Assembly (NCBI RefSeq): GCF_001194135.2
Contig: NC_068989.1
Coordinates: forward strand, 32,498,862 to 32,562,861
Source of the DNA: Octopus bimaculoides
Taxonomy: Eukaryota
DNA: 64,000 nucleotides
Direction of reading: 5' to 3'
Of the stretch, positions 63,925-64,000 are shown in pieces. Position 1 is the first letter of the stretch. Each line of letters starts with the position of its first letter. Under the pieces are notes generated by a model. The model saw only the letters and a program-made list of their open reading frames with translations. It ran no database searches and had not been told where the DNA came from. Made by a program: the position numbers and the translations under genes.

Positions 63925-64000
63925 TGCTGGCTAGAAATATTATATTTCTAATTTTGCTGATCAGTGAATGAACTTCACTATGATTCACATAAGTTTGCGA

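Overview
AT-rich, repeat-dominated eukaryotic DNA. The SINE and LINE families resemble ones I recall from octopod cephalopod (Octopus) assemblies; this is inference, not a database result. There are six N-gaps: 4624-4959, 9895-10152, 13592-14051, 16531-16630, 54426-54557 and 61961-62005. No complete host gene could be built. The only credible cellular-gene signal is a candidate minus-strand first coding exon (35673-35616) inside a ~5 kb CpG-retaining island with no recognisable TE. Almost all entries in the ORF track are chance ORFs, antisense shadows of TEs, or microsatellite and gap artefacts. Recognisable elements are a decayed full-length Gypsy with LTRs, PBS, PPT and an ATCT TSD (44049-49267), a near-full L1/Tx1-type LINE (~58800-63640, minus), an ORF1-only relative of it (14688-15810), RTE and CR1/L2 remnants, Tigger, mariner, maT, piggyBac and Chapaev-type DNA transposon remnants, several tRNA-SINE families, minisatellites, and a ~505-bp-arm inverted repeat. 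The most interesting signal is a family of minimal hammerhead-ribozyme elements. A non-coding, tRNA-headed SINE carries a type-I hammerhead and a Penelope-style inverted tail. It is inserted twice with the same architecture and 13- and 12-bp TSDs (5462-5852 and 63158-63506). A second hammerhead-bearing Penelope-like terminal-repeat family is at ~58340-58720 and 63864-63960. Element boundaries and percent identities are by-eye estimates.
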